This document shows positions 1 to 9,697 of a stretch of 64,000 bases of DNA, one piece after another. A program made the translations under genes and the position numbers. Every line of letters begins with the position of its first letter. The first letter of the stretch is position 1. This DNA comes from Alphaproteobacteria bacterium (GTDB lineage: Bacteria; Pseudomonadota; Alphaproteobacteria; SMXQ01), in assembly GCA_004356985.1 (NCBI GenBank), contig SMXQ01000078.1, positions 593 to 64,592 on the forward strand, read 5' to 3'. The notes under the pieces were generated by a model that saw only the letters and a program-made list of their open reading frames with translations, did not search any database and was not told the DNA's origin.

Positions 1-2105
1 TAGAACAGGTTCAGCTCGCGAATGCCGCGGAACACCGGGAACCATTGACCGAACAAGGTCTGTGGCCACAACACCCGCAGCACCATGTGGAACAGGCCGT
101 AGCAGAATAGCCACATCGGCCCGACCACCAAGAAGATGACGCGCCAGCTTTCCTTGCCCTCGAAACGCATGTACCCGACCAGGAAAAGCGCCAGTGCCGG
201 GATCAGCCCGATGACATGGGAAGCCCCGATATAGAACACACACCAGAAGAAATACCGGGCCGCCCGGGTGTAGATGACCCGGGACGAGAGATCCCCGTAA
301 TCGGCCTGGATATCGAAATGGATATCGTCGCCGGCAGCCGTCATCTGGCCGGCCACCGCTTGATCCCCTGGTTTCCTCTCGGCGGGTGCCATCAAGAGGT
401 TGGTCAGGATCACCAGGCCGGTCGCCACCACGCCGAACCATGCCACGGCCTGCGGCTCAAGCCGCGTCGCCAATTCCCATTCGGCGGAATAGATGGCGGC
501 ATAGAGAAAGATCCCGAAAATCAGAACCGTGAACCCGAGATCCGGATTGCGGAGGTAATCCCGTTGCACGGCAAATCGGCGCCCGCCCCGTGGCGCCTTA
601 CTCCTTTGCCGGTAGCCCGTGTAAAGGGGCCACATCACGCTGATCAGCGTGATGGAGAGGATAATGATGACCACCGGGCGGGACAGCCATTCGAATCCCC
701 AGCGGGAGATCGAGATGAAGAGATAATTCTCGATCAAACCGCCAAGGACGAAGCCGAGGATGATGGGCGGCCGGGGCCAGCGGAACCGCTTCATCACCCA
801 GCCCAAGAAGCCAAATATCATCAGTGTGTACAGATCGCCCCAGTCGCGGCTCCCCTGGAAGGCGCCGAGGAAGGTCATGGACAGAACCAGCGGCACCAAG
901 ATACCCACCCGGATCATGGCGATCCGTGCGAGTTGGCCGGCAAAGGCAAAACAGATGCCCGCACCGAGGATGTTGGCCAGCGCCACCGACCACACCATGG
1001 TGTAGGTCAGGTCGAGCTGTTCGGTGAGCATCTTCGGCCCCGGAACGATGCCATGAATCAGGAAGGCCCCCAGCAGCAGCGCCATGGATGCCGAACCCGG
1101 CACACCGAAGGCAATGGTGGGCACCAGGGCACCGCCCTCCTTGGCGTTGTTGGAGCTTTCCGAAGCAATGACGCCGCGCACATCGCCTTTGCCGAAACTT
1201 TTCGCGGCGCCCTTCTCGGTGCGCGCGGCATGGCCGTAAGCGACCCAATCGATCACCGAGGCGCCGAGCCCCGGGATCGAGCCCATGACCGATCCGATCA
1301 GCGCGCAACGGAGGACCAGGAACCAGTTCTCGAAGACGTCCTTCACCCCTTCAAGCTGGCCACGCGCGTTGATATTTTTGGTATCGCCGGCGATGGTCTT
1401 GCGCGTGATGGCCAGGTCCGCGAGTTCCGGGATGGCAAAGATTCCCAATGCGAAAGGCACCAGCGGCACACCGTCCCAGAGATACATGGAATCGAAGGTC
1501 CAGCGCAGGGTGCCGCCTTCCTGATCGTTGCCGGCGGTCGCCACCAGAAGGCCCAACGCCGCGGCAATCAGACCCTTGATCGGGGCGCTTCCGGACAGAA
1601 CCGCCACCAGCGACAGCCCGAAGATACAGATGGCGAGCATCTCCGGTTCGGAAAAGGACACCATGAAGGGGCGGAGAATGGGCAGGCTTACCCCCAGCAG
1701 CAATGCGCCAAATAACCCACCGATCACCGAAGACGTGAACGCGGCCCCGAAAGCCCGGCTCGCCTCGCCGCGCCGCGCCATGGGATAACCGTCAAGAATG
1801 GTCGCCGCCGAACCGACGGTGCCCGGCACGCCGAACAGGACCGCCGGAATGGTATCCGAGGTGACGGTGACCGAGCCAAGGCCCAGCATCATGGCGATGG
1901 CGGAATAGGGATCCAGCGCGTAGGTGAAGGGAAGAAGCAGCGAAAGGCCGACAATGCCGCCGAGACCCGGGATGACGCCGACAACCAACCCCATTAGGAC
2001 GCCGGCGAAGAGGAACCCGAGCCGCGTTGGGTCGGCCAAGATGACGGCGGCCTGGCCCGCCATGGCGAACATTTCGCTGAAACTGACCGTCGTCGTCAGA
2101 TCCAT
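1..2105 (-). CDS. tctA: Tripartite tricarboxylate transporter permease, TctA with fused C-terminal TctB-like domain (~701 aa; stop codon probably cut by the window edge)
   Basis: Not in the ORF track. Manual translation from ATG 2105 (RBS AAGGGGG): MDLTTTVSFSEM...GVIPGLGG...DTIPAVLFGVPGTVGSAATILDGYPMARRGEA (TctA signature). The frame stays open through a hydrophobic C-terminal part to ...RELNLF-ta at position 1. Confidence 0.85.
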   Translation of the reverse strand, partial: MDLTTTVSFSEMFAMAGQAAVILADPTRLGFLFAGVLMGLVVGVIPGLGGIVGLSLLLPFTYALDPYSAIAMMLGLGSVTVTSDTIPAVLFGVPGTVGSAATILDGYPMARRGEASRAFGAAFTSSVIGGLFGALLLGVSLPILRPFMVSFSEPEMLAICIFGLSLVAVLSGSAPIKGLIAAALGLLVATAGNDQEGGTLRWTFDSMYLWDGVPLVPFALGIFAIPELADLAITRKTIAGDTKNINARGQLEGVKDVFENWFLVLRCALIGSVMGSIPGLGASVIDWVAYGHAARTEKGAAKSFGKGDVRGVIASESSNNAKEGGALVPTIAFGVPGSASMALLLGAFLIHGIVPGPKMLTEQLDLTYTMVWSVALANILGAGICFAFAGQLARIAMIRVGILVPLVLSMTFLGAFQGSRDWGDLYTLMIFGFLGWVMKRFRWPRPPIILGFVLGGLIENYLFISISRWGFEWLSRPVVIIILSITLISVMWPLYTGYRQRSKAPRGGRRFAVQRDYLRNPDLGFTVLIFGIFLYAAIYSAEWELATRLEPQAVAWFGVVATGLVILTNLLMAPAERKPGDQAVAGQMTAAGDDIHFDIQADYGDLSSRVIYTRAARYFFWCVFYIGASHVIGLIPALALFLVGYMRFEGKESWRVIFLVVGPMWLFCYGLFHMVLRVLWPQTLFGQWFPVFRGIRELNLF

Positions 2106-2229
2106 TTATTTCCCCCTTGGGCGCTAACCCGGCTGACTTGTCGCGTTTCTTTTAAGTCGGGTTTCTTTTAAATGGTGTTCCGCCTTGTCGCAAGATCACC
2201 GAACCGGGACCCAGGGCGCTGCCATCCAC

Positions 2230-3165
2230 TCAAGCCGGCGGCCCGGAGCCCGCCTTGCGCCCCCGCGCCGAGCGCGCGTGGCGCCCGGCGATGTAAAGGG
2301 TGGCGCCGATGACCACCGTGGAGCCGACCATGGTCCAGGCGTCGGGGAACAGGCCGAACAGGGTGATGTCGAAGGCGATGGCGTAGAGAATCCGGACATA
2401 GTCGAAGGGGGTGACGGCGGTGGCCTCGCCGACCCGGAAGGCCAGGGTGATGAAGCCCTGGGCGGCGACATAGAGGATTCCGGTCAGGGCCAGCCAGGCG
2501 AATTGCCCCGGGGTTGGGGTGGTCCACACGAAGGCCATGGGGACGGCGCCGACCAGGGTGGAAATCATCAGGTAATAGAAGACGATGGTCATGGGCTGAT
2601 CGATGGCCGTCGCTTTCTTGAGGAAGACATGGGCCGAGGAGTGACACAGGGTGGAGAACACCAGCACCAACAGCGGCACCGTGACCGCGTCCATCACCGG
2701 ACGGGCGACGATCAGCACGCCGGTGAAACCCACGGCGATGGCGGCCCAACGCCGCCAATGGGCGCGCTCTCCCAGAAACAGCACGGCCAGCACGATCAGC
2801 CACAGCGGCCGGGTATAGGTTATGGCGGTGATCACCGCCAGCGGCAGGAAGGCGAGCGCGTAATAGACGCAAATCTGGCCGACCCCGCCAAACAACCCGC
2901 GGCCCACATGAAGCCCCATGCATCGCGTCGCCACGATGGAGCGCCCGCCACGGAGGAACAGCGGCGCCAGGGCCACCAGCCCGAAGACACAGCGGAAGAA
3001 ATTGAGCTCGAACGGATGGATGTCGGCGGCCAGCCATTTGGCGATGGCCATGGCGCCGGAAAACCCGAGGCCCCCCAAGGCCATCCACAGGCCGCCGCGC
3101 AGATTGCCGGGCAGTGCCGCCCAGCGCGCGACCAGAGGCGCCAACAGGTTTGGGACGAAAGCCAA
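2230..3165 (-). CDS. DMT/EamA family transporter
   Basis: 311 aa with about 10 hydrophobic helices; motifs FFRCVFG, LGERAHWRRW, VTPFDY. Confidence 0.9.
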   Translation of the reverse strand: MAFVPNLLAPLVARWAALPGNLRGGLWMALGGLGFSGAMAIAKWLAADIHPFELNFFRCVFGLVALAPLFLRGGRSIVATRCMGLHVGRGLFGGVGQICVYYALAFLPLAVITAITYTRPLWLIVLAVLFLGERAHWRRWAAIAVGFTGVLIVARPVMDAVTVPLLVLVFSTLCHSSAHVFLKKATAIDQPMTIVFYYLMISTLVGAVPMAFVWTTPTPGQFAWLALTGILYVAAQGFITLAFRVGEATAVTPFDYVRILYAIAFDITLFGLFPDAWTMVGSTVVIGATLYIAGRHARSARGRKAGSGPPA

Positions 3166-3196
3166 TACCCTAACCGGCGCACGAACCCTTTTCGGG

Positions 3197-3883
3197 CTAC
3201 ATGGCCGCGATCAAGGCGGCGGCGGCGCGGTTGGATTCGCCATCGGCAAATTCGTCGTAATTGGCCCGGCCCTTGCCAGTGAAGCCGTGGCCGACCCCGG
3301 GATAGACGCGGATTTCCACCCCCGGCTTGGCGCCGAGGGCGGCCTTGGTCGCCTCGATCTCATCCATGGGAACCACCGGGTCCTGATCGCCAACATGGAT
3401 GGCCAGGGGACAGGCCAGATTATCGGCCTCGTCCAGGTGCCGGCCGATGGCGACGCCGTGGAAGGACACCGCGGCATCGACGCCGAGGCGGGTGGCCGCC
3501 AGATAGGCGAAACGGCCGCCGAAGCAATAGCCGAACACCGCCACCTTGCCGTTGCTCCGGGGCAGGGCCTTAACAAAGGCGACGATGTCGGCCAGGTCCT
3601 TGACCCCCTGCGCGACGTCGAAATTCTCCGACCGCTCGACCGCCTTGGCGCGGTCCTCGCCCTCGCGGCCCAGGGTGCCGGGAATGGTGCGCCAGAACAT
3701 GTCCGGCGTCACCACCACCGAGCCCTGGGCGGCATAGTCGTCCATCATCTCCCTGGTGCCGTCCTCGATGCCGAAGATCGGCGCCACCATGATGATGGCC
3801 TTGCCCGAGCCTTCGGCCGGGGTGGCGATTTCGGCCGGCATGGCGCCGCCGTCGGCGGTCGTTATGGTGATCGTTTCGGTCAT
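3197..3883 (-). CDS. Dienelactone hydrolase family protein
   Basis: GYCFGG nucleophile motif, IFGI, YPGVGHGF; start chosen at ATG 3883 after a GAGGA RBS. Confidence 0.9.
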   Translation of the reverse strand: MTETITITTADGGAMPAEIATPAEGSGKAIIMVAPIFGIEDGTREMMDDYAAQGSVVVTPDMFWRTIPGTLGREGEDRAKAVERSENFDVAQGVKDLADIVAFVKALPRSNGKVAVFGYCFGGRFAYLAATRLGVDAAVSFHGVAIGRHLDEADNLACPLAIHVGDQDPVVPMDEIEATKAALGAKPGVEIRVYPGVGHGFTGKGRANYDEFADGESNRAAAALIAAM

Positions 3884-3955
3884 GGCGGTATCCTCGTTCT
3901 CCTGTGGACCGCTTGGGTATTTCACCCTTTGACCCGCCCTCGGCAGGCCGGCCGC

Positions 3956-4738
3956 TTAACGGCGCTGCACCATGCGCTTCTTGATCTCGCCGATGGCCTT
4001 GGCGGGATTGAGGCCCTTGGGACAGGCATTGGTGCAGTTCATGATGGTGTGACAGCGGTAAAGCCGGAATGGATCCTCCAGTGCGTCGAGCCGTTCGCCG
4101 GCACTCTCGTCGCGCGAATCATTGATCCAGCGGTAGGCCTGCAACAACGTGGCGGGGCCCAGGAACCGCTCGGAGTTCCACCAATAGCTGGGACACGAGG
4201 TGGTGCAACAGAAACACAGGACGCATTCCCACAACCCGTCGAGCTCCTTGCGCTCCTCGGGGCTTTGCAGGCGCTCGCTCTCCGGGCCGGGCTCCGGCGT
4301 CTCGGTCTTGAGCCAGGGCTCGATGGCGGCGTATTGGGCATAGGCGTCGTTGAGGTCGGGCACCAGGTCCTTCACCACCTTCAAATGGGGCAGGGGATAG
4401 ACCTTGGCATCGCCCTTGATCTCGGCGATGGGTTTGATGCAGGCCAGGGTATTGACGCCGTCCACGTTCATGGCGCACGACCCGCAAACGCCTTCGCGGC
4501 ATGAGCGGCGGAAGGTGACGGTGGAATCGACCTCGTTCTTGATCTTGATCAGGGCGTCCAAGACCATGGGCCCGCAATCGTCCAGGTCCAATTCGAAGGT
4601 ATCGAGACGCGGGTTGTCGTCCTTATCGGGGTCCCAACGATAGACCCGAAAGGATTTCACGTTTACGGCCCCCGCCGGGGCCTTGTGGGTCTTGCCCTGT
4701 TTCACCTTGGAATTTCGCGGAAGTGTGAATTCCACCAT
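3956..4738 (-). CDS. sdhB: Succinate dehydrogenase iron-sulfur subunit
   Basis: [57 protein letters not shown]. Confidence 0.98.
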   Translation of the reverse strand: MVEFTLPRNSKVKQGKTHKAPAGAVNVKSFRVYRWDPDKDDNPRLDTFELDLDDCGPMVLDALIKIKNEVDSTVTFRRSCREGVCGSCAMNVDGVNTLACIKPIAEIKGDAKVYPLPHLKVVKDLVPDLNDAYAQYAAIEPWLKTETPEPGPESERLQSPEERKELDGLWECVLCFCCTTSCPSYWWNSERFLGPATLLQAYRWINDSRDESAGERLDALEDPFRLYRCHTIMNCTNACPKGLNPAKAIGEIKKRMVQRR

Positions 4739-4748
4739 GCGGCTGATC

Positions 4749-6539
4749 CTAGTAAACCCGTTCCTTGGGCGGAAAGGTCTCGACGTCGTCGGTGAGCGTG
4801 TTGAGGTGCACCGGACGATAGGCGAGACGCGTGTCATGGGCGCCGTCCAGGTAAACCACCGTGTGCTTCATCCAGTTCTCGTCATCGCGGTCGGGATGGT
4901 CCTCGTGGGCATGGGCGCCGCGGCTTTCCTTGCGCGCCTCGGCGCAATGGAGCGTCGCCACCGCTTGGCTCATCAGGTTTTCCAGCTCCAACGCTTCCAC
5001 CAGGTCGGAATTCCAGATCATCGAGCGGTCTTTGATCCCCATGTCGGCGAGTTGCTCGGCGCAGGCATCGATCAGCCGCACGCCCTCGGCCAACACCTCG
5101 GAGGTGCGGAAGACGGCGCAGTTGCTTTGCATGATGCGCTGCATGTCGTCGCGGATGCGGGCCACCGGGGTCGCCCCCTTGGCGTTGCGGACCTGGTCGA
5201 GATGGGCGATCGCCTCATCGCCGGCGCCCGAGGGCGGGGTGATCGCCGGACCGCCCGGCTTCACCAATTCGGCGGCCCTGACCGCCGCCGCCCGCCCGAA
5301 GACGATGATATCGAGAAGCGAGTTGCAGCCCAGCCGGTTGGCCCCATGGACCGAAACGCAAGCCGCCTCGCCGATGGCCATGAGGCCGGGCACCACGCGG
5401 TCGGGGTCGTCGGCGGTGGGGTCGATGGCCTCGCCGTGATAATTGGTGGGGATGCCGCCCATGTTGTAATGCACGGTGGGCAGCACCGGGATGGGCTCCT
5501 TGGTGACATCGATGCCGGCGAAAATCTGCGCCGTCTCCGATATTCCCGGCAAGCGTTCGGCCAGGAGGTCCTGGTCGAGATGCTCGAGATGGAGGTGGAT
5601 ATAGTCCTTATTGGGCCCGAGCCCGCGGCCTTCGCGGATTTCCACCGTCATGGCCCGGCTGACCACGTCCCGCGAGGCGAGATCCTTGACCGTGGGCGCG
5701 TAACGCTCCATGAAGCGCTCGCCCTCGGAATTGGTGACATAACCCCCTTCGCCCCGCGCCCCTTCGGTGATGAGGCAGCCCGAGCCGTAAATGCCGGTGG
5801 GGTGGAACTGGACGAATTCCATGTCCTGGAGGGGCAGGCCGGCCCGCAGCACCATGGCGTTGCCGTCGCCGGTGCAGGTATGGGCCGAGGTGCAGGATAA
5901 ATAAGCCCGGCCGTAGCCCCCGGTGGCCAGCACCGTCATCGGCGCGATGAAGCGGTGGACGGTGCCGTCTTCCAGGTTCCAGGCCATGACGCCGATGGCC
6001 GCGCCGTCCTCGGCCCTGATCAGGTCGAGGGCGAAATATTCCACGAAGAACCGCGCCTTGTGCTTGAGCGCCTGTTGGTAAAGGGTGTGGAGAATGGCGT
6101 GGCCGGTGCGGTCGGCGGCGGCGCAGGCGCGATGGGCGAGTTTCTCGCCGTAATTGACGGTGTGGCCGCCGAACGGCCGCTGGTAGATCTTGCCTTCGTC
6201 GGTGCGCGAGAACGGCACCCCGAAATGTTCGAGCTCGGTGATCGCCGAGATGGCGTTGCGCACCATGAATTCGATGGCGTCCTGGTCGCCCAGCCAGTCC
6301 GAGCCCTTGACCGTGTCATACATGTGAAAACGCCAATCGTCGGGCTCCAGATTGCCGAACGACGCGCCGACGCCGCCCTGGGCGGCGACCGTATGACTGC
6401 GGGTCGGGAAGACCTTGGTGATGCACGCGGTATCCAGCCCCGCCGCCGTCATGCCCAGGGTCGCGCGCAGGCCGGCGCCGCCGGCGCCGACGACGATGAC
6501 GTCGAAATGATGGTCGATGACTTGATAGGCCGCGGTCAT
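4749..6539 (-). CDS. sdhA: Succinate dehydrogenase flavoprotein subunit
   Basis: [17 protein letters not shown] (FAD-His), QFHPTG, HGANRLG, ESRGAH. Confidence 0.98.
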   Translation of the reverse strand: MTAAYQVIDHHFDVIVVGAGGAGLRATLGMTAAGLDTACITKVFPTRSHTVAAQGGVGASFGNLEPDDWRFHMYDTVKGSDWLGDQDAIEFMVRNAISAITELEHFGVPFSRTDEGKIYQRPFGGHTVNYGEKLAHRACAAADRTGHAILHTLYQQALKHKARFFVEYFALDLIRAEDGAAIGVMAWNLEDGTVHRFIAPMTVLATGGYGRAYLSCTSAHTCTGDGNAMVLRAGLPLQDMEFVQFHPTGIYGSGCLITEGARGEGGYVTNSEGERFMERYAPTVKDLASRDVVSRAMTVEIREGRGLGPNKDYIHLHLEHLDQDLLAERLPGISETAQIFAGIDVTKEPIPVLPTVHYNMGGIPTNYHGEAIDPTADDPDRVVPGLMAIGEAACVSVHGANRLGCNSLLDIIVFGRAAAVRAAELVKPGGPAITPPSGAGDEAIAHLDQVRNAKGATPVARIRDDMQRIMQSNCAVFRTSEVLAEGVRLIDACAEQLADMGIKDRSMIWNSDLVEALELENLMSQAVATLHCAEARKESRGAHAHEDHPDRDDENWMKHTVVYLDGAHDTRLAYRPVHLNTLTDDVETFPPKERVY

Positions 6540-6541
6540 GA

Positions 6542-6934
6542 CTACGGCCCCAGGGCGATGCGCAGGACCGAGAGGATGGAGACCAAGGCGCAGAGCGCCG
6601 CGCCCCCCTTGACGGCGATGATGAGGGTGATTTTCGCGGCTTGGTTATGGACGTAGTCTTCGATCACCTCTGCCAGGCCCAACTGCAGATGATGGAAGCC
6701 GGCCGCCAGCAACGCGATCATCATCACCGGCGCGATCGGTCCGCGCAGCCAGGCCACCACCTCGCCATGGCCGGCGCCGGTCAGCGCCGCCAGGGAGGCG
6801 ACGAACCAGAAGACCAGGGGAACCAAGGCAAGCGCGGTCAGCCGCTGGGCCCACCAATGGGCGGCCCCTTCCCTGGCCGAACCGAGCCCGCCCAGACGGC
6901 GGAATCGGCTTCCGAAGGCCGTCGGGCCGTTCAT
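6542..6934 (-). CDS. sdhD: Succinate dehydrogenase hydrophobic anchor subunit
   Basis: [35 protein letters not shown]; ATG overlaps the sdhC stop. Confidence 0.95.
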   Translation of the reverse strand: MNGPTAFGSRFRRLGGLGSAREGAAHWWAQRLTALALVPLVFWFVASLAALTGAGHGEVVAWLRGPIAPVMMIALLAAGFHHLQLGLAEVIEDYVHNQAAKITLIIAVKGGAALCALVSILSVLRIALGP

Positions 6935-7329
6935 GGGAGGCCGCCAAGACCGCCCGCGCCCACCACCCAGGCGGCGCCGGTCAGCGCCAAAGAAGCCAGC
7001 ACCACGCACCAGCCGGTCAGGCGCGCGACGGTCAGGTCGAACCCCATGCCGATGTCCCAGAACAAATGCCGGATGCCGTTGCAGAGGTGATAGAACAACG
7101 CCCAGGTGAACCCCACCAAGACCAGCCAGCCGAGCCACGACCCGGCGACCGCCCGGGCGCCGTTGAACCATTGGGGCCCCGCCGCGGCGGCGGCCAACCA
7201 ATAAACCAGAAGCAGCGCACCGAGCCCGAGGGCGACCCCCGTCATGCGGTGAAGGATGGAAAGAACGGAAGTGAACTGGGGCCGGTAAACTTGCAGATGG
7301 GGGGATAGCGGGCGGTCGTCTTGAGCCAT
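6931..7329 (-). CDS. sdhC: Succinate dehydrogenase cytochrome b556 subunit
   Basis: RPLSPHLQVYRPQ, SILHRMTG, YHLCNGIRHLFWD. Confidence 0.97.
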   Translation of the reverse strand: MAQDDRPLSPHLQVYRPQFTSVLSILHRMTGVALGLGALLLVYWLAAAAAGPQWFNGARAVAGSWLGWLVLVGFTWALFYHLCNGIRHLFWDIGMGFDLTVARLTGWCVVLASLALTGAAWVVGAGGLGGLP

Positions 7330-7396
7330 GGAAGGGCCTCGGTCAGGGGCCGGGCCACCACATGTTACGCCACGCGCGCACCCGTTTCAGGGCCCC

Positions 7397-7425
7397 GGTT
7401 TAGACCCTGGCCCGCGGCAAGTCAA
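7397..7425 (-). promoter_or_regulatory. Putative sigma70 promoter of sdhCDAB
   Basis: TTGACT-N17-TAAACC on the minus strand, about 70 bp upstream of sdhC. Confidence 0.45.
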
Positions 7426-7628
7426 CGACTGCAAACGCGCGCGCCCGGCGGGTCGGGGAGCCATCGGCGGGCCGCTTGCGGGGGCCCCGGCAAGCGGCGA
7501 AACCGGGCGCGGCGGGTCGGGTTTCCGCGACCGTGGCCGATCCAGGGTCGGCGCCATGGGCCCCGGTCCGGAATATGCCAGGGAATCAGAGCTTTACACC
7601 GGAAGTTGTTACTTATTGTTTACCATCC

Positions 7629-7689
7629 TGTGGATAAAATTGTGAATAAACTGTGTGCACCTTGTGAGTAAATAACAATTTTATGCACA
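7629..7689. promoter_or_regulatory. DnaA-box cluster
   Basis: TGTGGATAA 7629, TGTGAATAA 7641, TGTGAGTAA 7663 (1 mismatch), TTATGCACA 7681. TGTG recurs every 11-12 bp in an AT-rich patch. Confidence 0.75.
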
Positions 7690-7750
7690 AGAAATGTCAT
7701 TATTACTTGAATTTTTACTTGCGATATTTGCCAGGCAGGGTGATTATTCC

Positions 7751-8445
7751 CCCGGTACGTGGGAGTACCGGGTCCAAAACCGGGTCCAAGGTGAGGAGGC
7801 TCCTCCGGGTTTCTTCAATTGGTCCGGATTTGGGTTCCGGGGGCTGGACATTCAGGCCGGCTTCGGCCGGGCGGATGAAAGGCCAGGCATCGGGGGCGAC
7901 TCTTTCTACGGGAGGAGTTTCGCGAGAAAGCGGCCTTTACGGGCCGGTCGCACCCGGGCGGGGGGAATGGTTTGACCCGCCGAGCCGGTGTTTCCTGGTC
8001 CGCGTGTCTCCCCAAGGGCAGGCGGGCCGTTCCGGGGCTCCCGTAAGGGAGGCCCGGGTTCCAGGCGGGTCATTACGGGGGCAACTCTGCATTGATTCGT
8101 CCCTCTCCGCCGAAAGGGCAACTTTTCGTCGGGGCACTCCGGGAGGAGACTTTCGGGCCGGGGGCAACCTCGGGGAAGCGGGGAAACCCAAGCTTCCAAT
8201 GGGAACGGGAAAGACCGCCGCGGTAATATACTCTTCCCTTCGTTGGGCGCCGCAGCCCCCTCGGGGGCACTGACCGCCGCGGCGGGTGTCGCTTCTCTCC
8301 CTGGGGATGCGATGATTGCCTGGGGTGGTCGGCAGGATGCCTGTCGGTCTCATGTGCCGGGAGCAGCTCTCGCTCCCGGGGCGTCAGGTCCGTCCTTCGC
8401 GGGACAATTGTACAGGGTCCTTGGTCCTTGTGCGCCTGGCGCCCC
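7751..8445 (+). ncRNA. Candidate large (~700 nt) highly structured non-coding RNA, family unassigned
   Basis: Dense hairpins closed by GNRA/UNCG tetraloops, long-range stems, G-U pairs that work only on the + strand, and no credible protein-coding ORF; see findings. Confidence 0.7.
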
Positions 8446-8460
8446 TTGTCTATCCAATAC

Positions 8461-8469
8461 TTATCCACA
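8461..8469 (+). promoter_or_regulatory. Perfect DnaA box
   Basis: TTATCCACA just downstream of the structured region. Confidence 0.65.
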
Positions 8470-8615
8470 AGGCAACTGAAATTTGCCGGCACCGGTGGTT
8501 CGCCGCTGGGGCGCTTGCGGGCCAAATTGAACCGATGTGGCCCGGAGATGCTCTTGGCACGCCGGGTCCCGGCGCCGGAGAAAGCGCGCCGGGCCAAGAC
8601 CGGCCGGACCGGCGT

Positions 8616-9512
8616 TCAGGCGGTTGGCTCGCCCTCCAGGGCGGCGATGGCAGCGGCGAAATCGACCACCCGTTGGGCCTCGGCGGCGTGCAGCGCCTCC
8701 ACCATGCGCCCGTCGAGGACGGCGACGTGTTGCCCCTTCCCCGCCGCCTCGGCGAAGGCCGCGATGATGGCCTTGGCCTCGCTGATCGCCGCCGCCGACG
8801 GCGCGAAGGCGGCATTGGCGGGAGCGATCTGGCGCGGGTGGATGACCTGCTTGCCGTCGAACCCGAGGCCGCGGCCCTGGGCGCAGGCGGCGGCGAAGCC
8901 CGCATCGTCGGTGAAAGCGGGATAGACCGCGTCGATGGCGCCGAGCCCATGGGCCCGGGCGGCAAGCAGGCTGCGTTCCAGGGCGTAGAGCAAATTGGTC
9001 CGCGCGCCGTCGATCTCGGCGTGCAATTCCTTGGCGAGATCCTCGAGCCCCATGGCGAACAGGACGAGGCGGGAATGGGCGGCGGCGATCTCGGGGGCGC
9101 AGAGGACCGCCCGGGCGGTTTCCACCATGGCCCAGAGCCGCGCGCCGGCGCCTTCGGCGTCGAGCAGGTCGCCGGCGGCGCGCACTTGGTCGGGGCCGGC
9201 GACCTTGGGCAACACCACCGCGTGGACACCCGACGCGGCGGCGGCGCGGAGGTCGGCCTCCGCCCAGGGGGTGCCCATGGCGTTCACCCGGACGACGATT
9301 TCGCGCCGCCCGAAGCCGCCCGCGGCGATGGCCGCCGAGACCTGGGCGCGGGCCGCCTCCTTGGCGTCGGGCGCGACGGAATCTTCCAGATCGAAGATCA
9401 GCACGTCGGCCGCCAGGGTCTTCGCTTTTTCATGGGCCCGCGCGTTGGTCCCGGGCATGTAGAGACAACTGCGCCGGGGCCGCGCCGCCCCCGTCTCGGT
9501 GAACTCCGCCAT
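8616..9512 (-). CDS. CitE-like CoA ester lyase (HpcH/HpaI aldolase/citrate lyase beta family)
   Basis: RPRRSCLYMPG, FDLEDSVAPDAK, LPKV, MVET, LGFDGKQVIHPRQI, DGRMVEALH. Confidence 0.9.
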   Translation of the reverse strand: MAEFTETGAARPRRSCLYMPGTNARAHEKAKTLAADVLIFDLEDSVAPDAKEAARAQVSAAIAAGGFGRREIVVRVNAMGTPWAEADLRAAAASGVHAVVLPKVAGPDQVRAAGDLLDAEGAGARLWAMVETARAVLCAPEIAAAHSRLVLFAMGLEDLAKELHAEIDGARTNLLYALERSLLAARAHGLGAIDAVYPAFTDDAGFAAACAQGRGLGFDGKQVIHPRQIAPANAAFAPSAAAISEAKAIIAAFAEAAGKGQHVAVLDGRMVEALHAAEAQRVVDFAAAIAALEGEPTA

Positions 9513-9697
9513 TGCTCCCTCCGGGTTGCCGGCCCGCCTCGACCGGCCGCTCGGGCAAATTCCCGGCGAGACTACGGGCCCGGAAGATGGCGTGCAAGGG
9601 CCGTCCCGCGGCAACCGCCCCAGGCCCGGGTTGTGTCGCGCCCAGGCCTGGGATATGACACCGGGAGCGTTGCCAACGGGGGCCCGCGCGAAGGGCG

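Noticed and set aside
216-1715. 499-aa + strand ORF and similar long ORFs (18507-20735, 22831-24771, 38550-41405, 45995-48166)
   Set aside because: Antisense shadows of real genes, expected in high-GC DNA
7981-8090. Group II intron domain V (GAGCCGG...CGGGTTC) or group I intron core
   Set aside because: Spacing far exceeds the ~34-nt domain V, the motif is mid-element, there is no GUGYG start, interrupted gene or maturase, and no P7 GACUA/UAGUC pair was found; a covariance search should confirm
7751-8445. RNase P RNA, tmRNA, 6S or SRP RNA identity for the structured region
   Set aside because: No GAGGAAAGUCC or ACAGAA-CCGGCUUA P4 strands, no tRNA-like ends or tag ORF, and too long and branched for 6S or SRP RNA
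7683-8597. ORFs of 66-196 aa across the structured region
   Set aside because: Gly/Arg/Pro-rich, mutually overlapping, with no motifs or clear RBS
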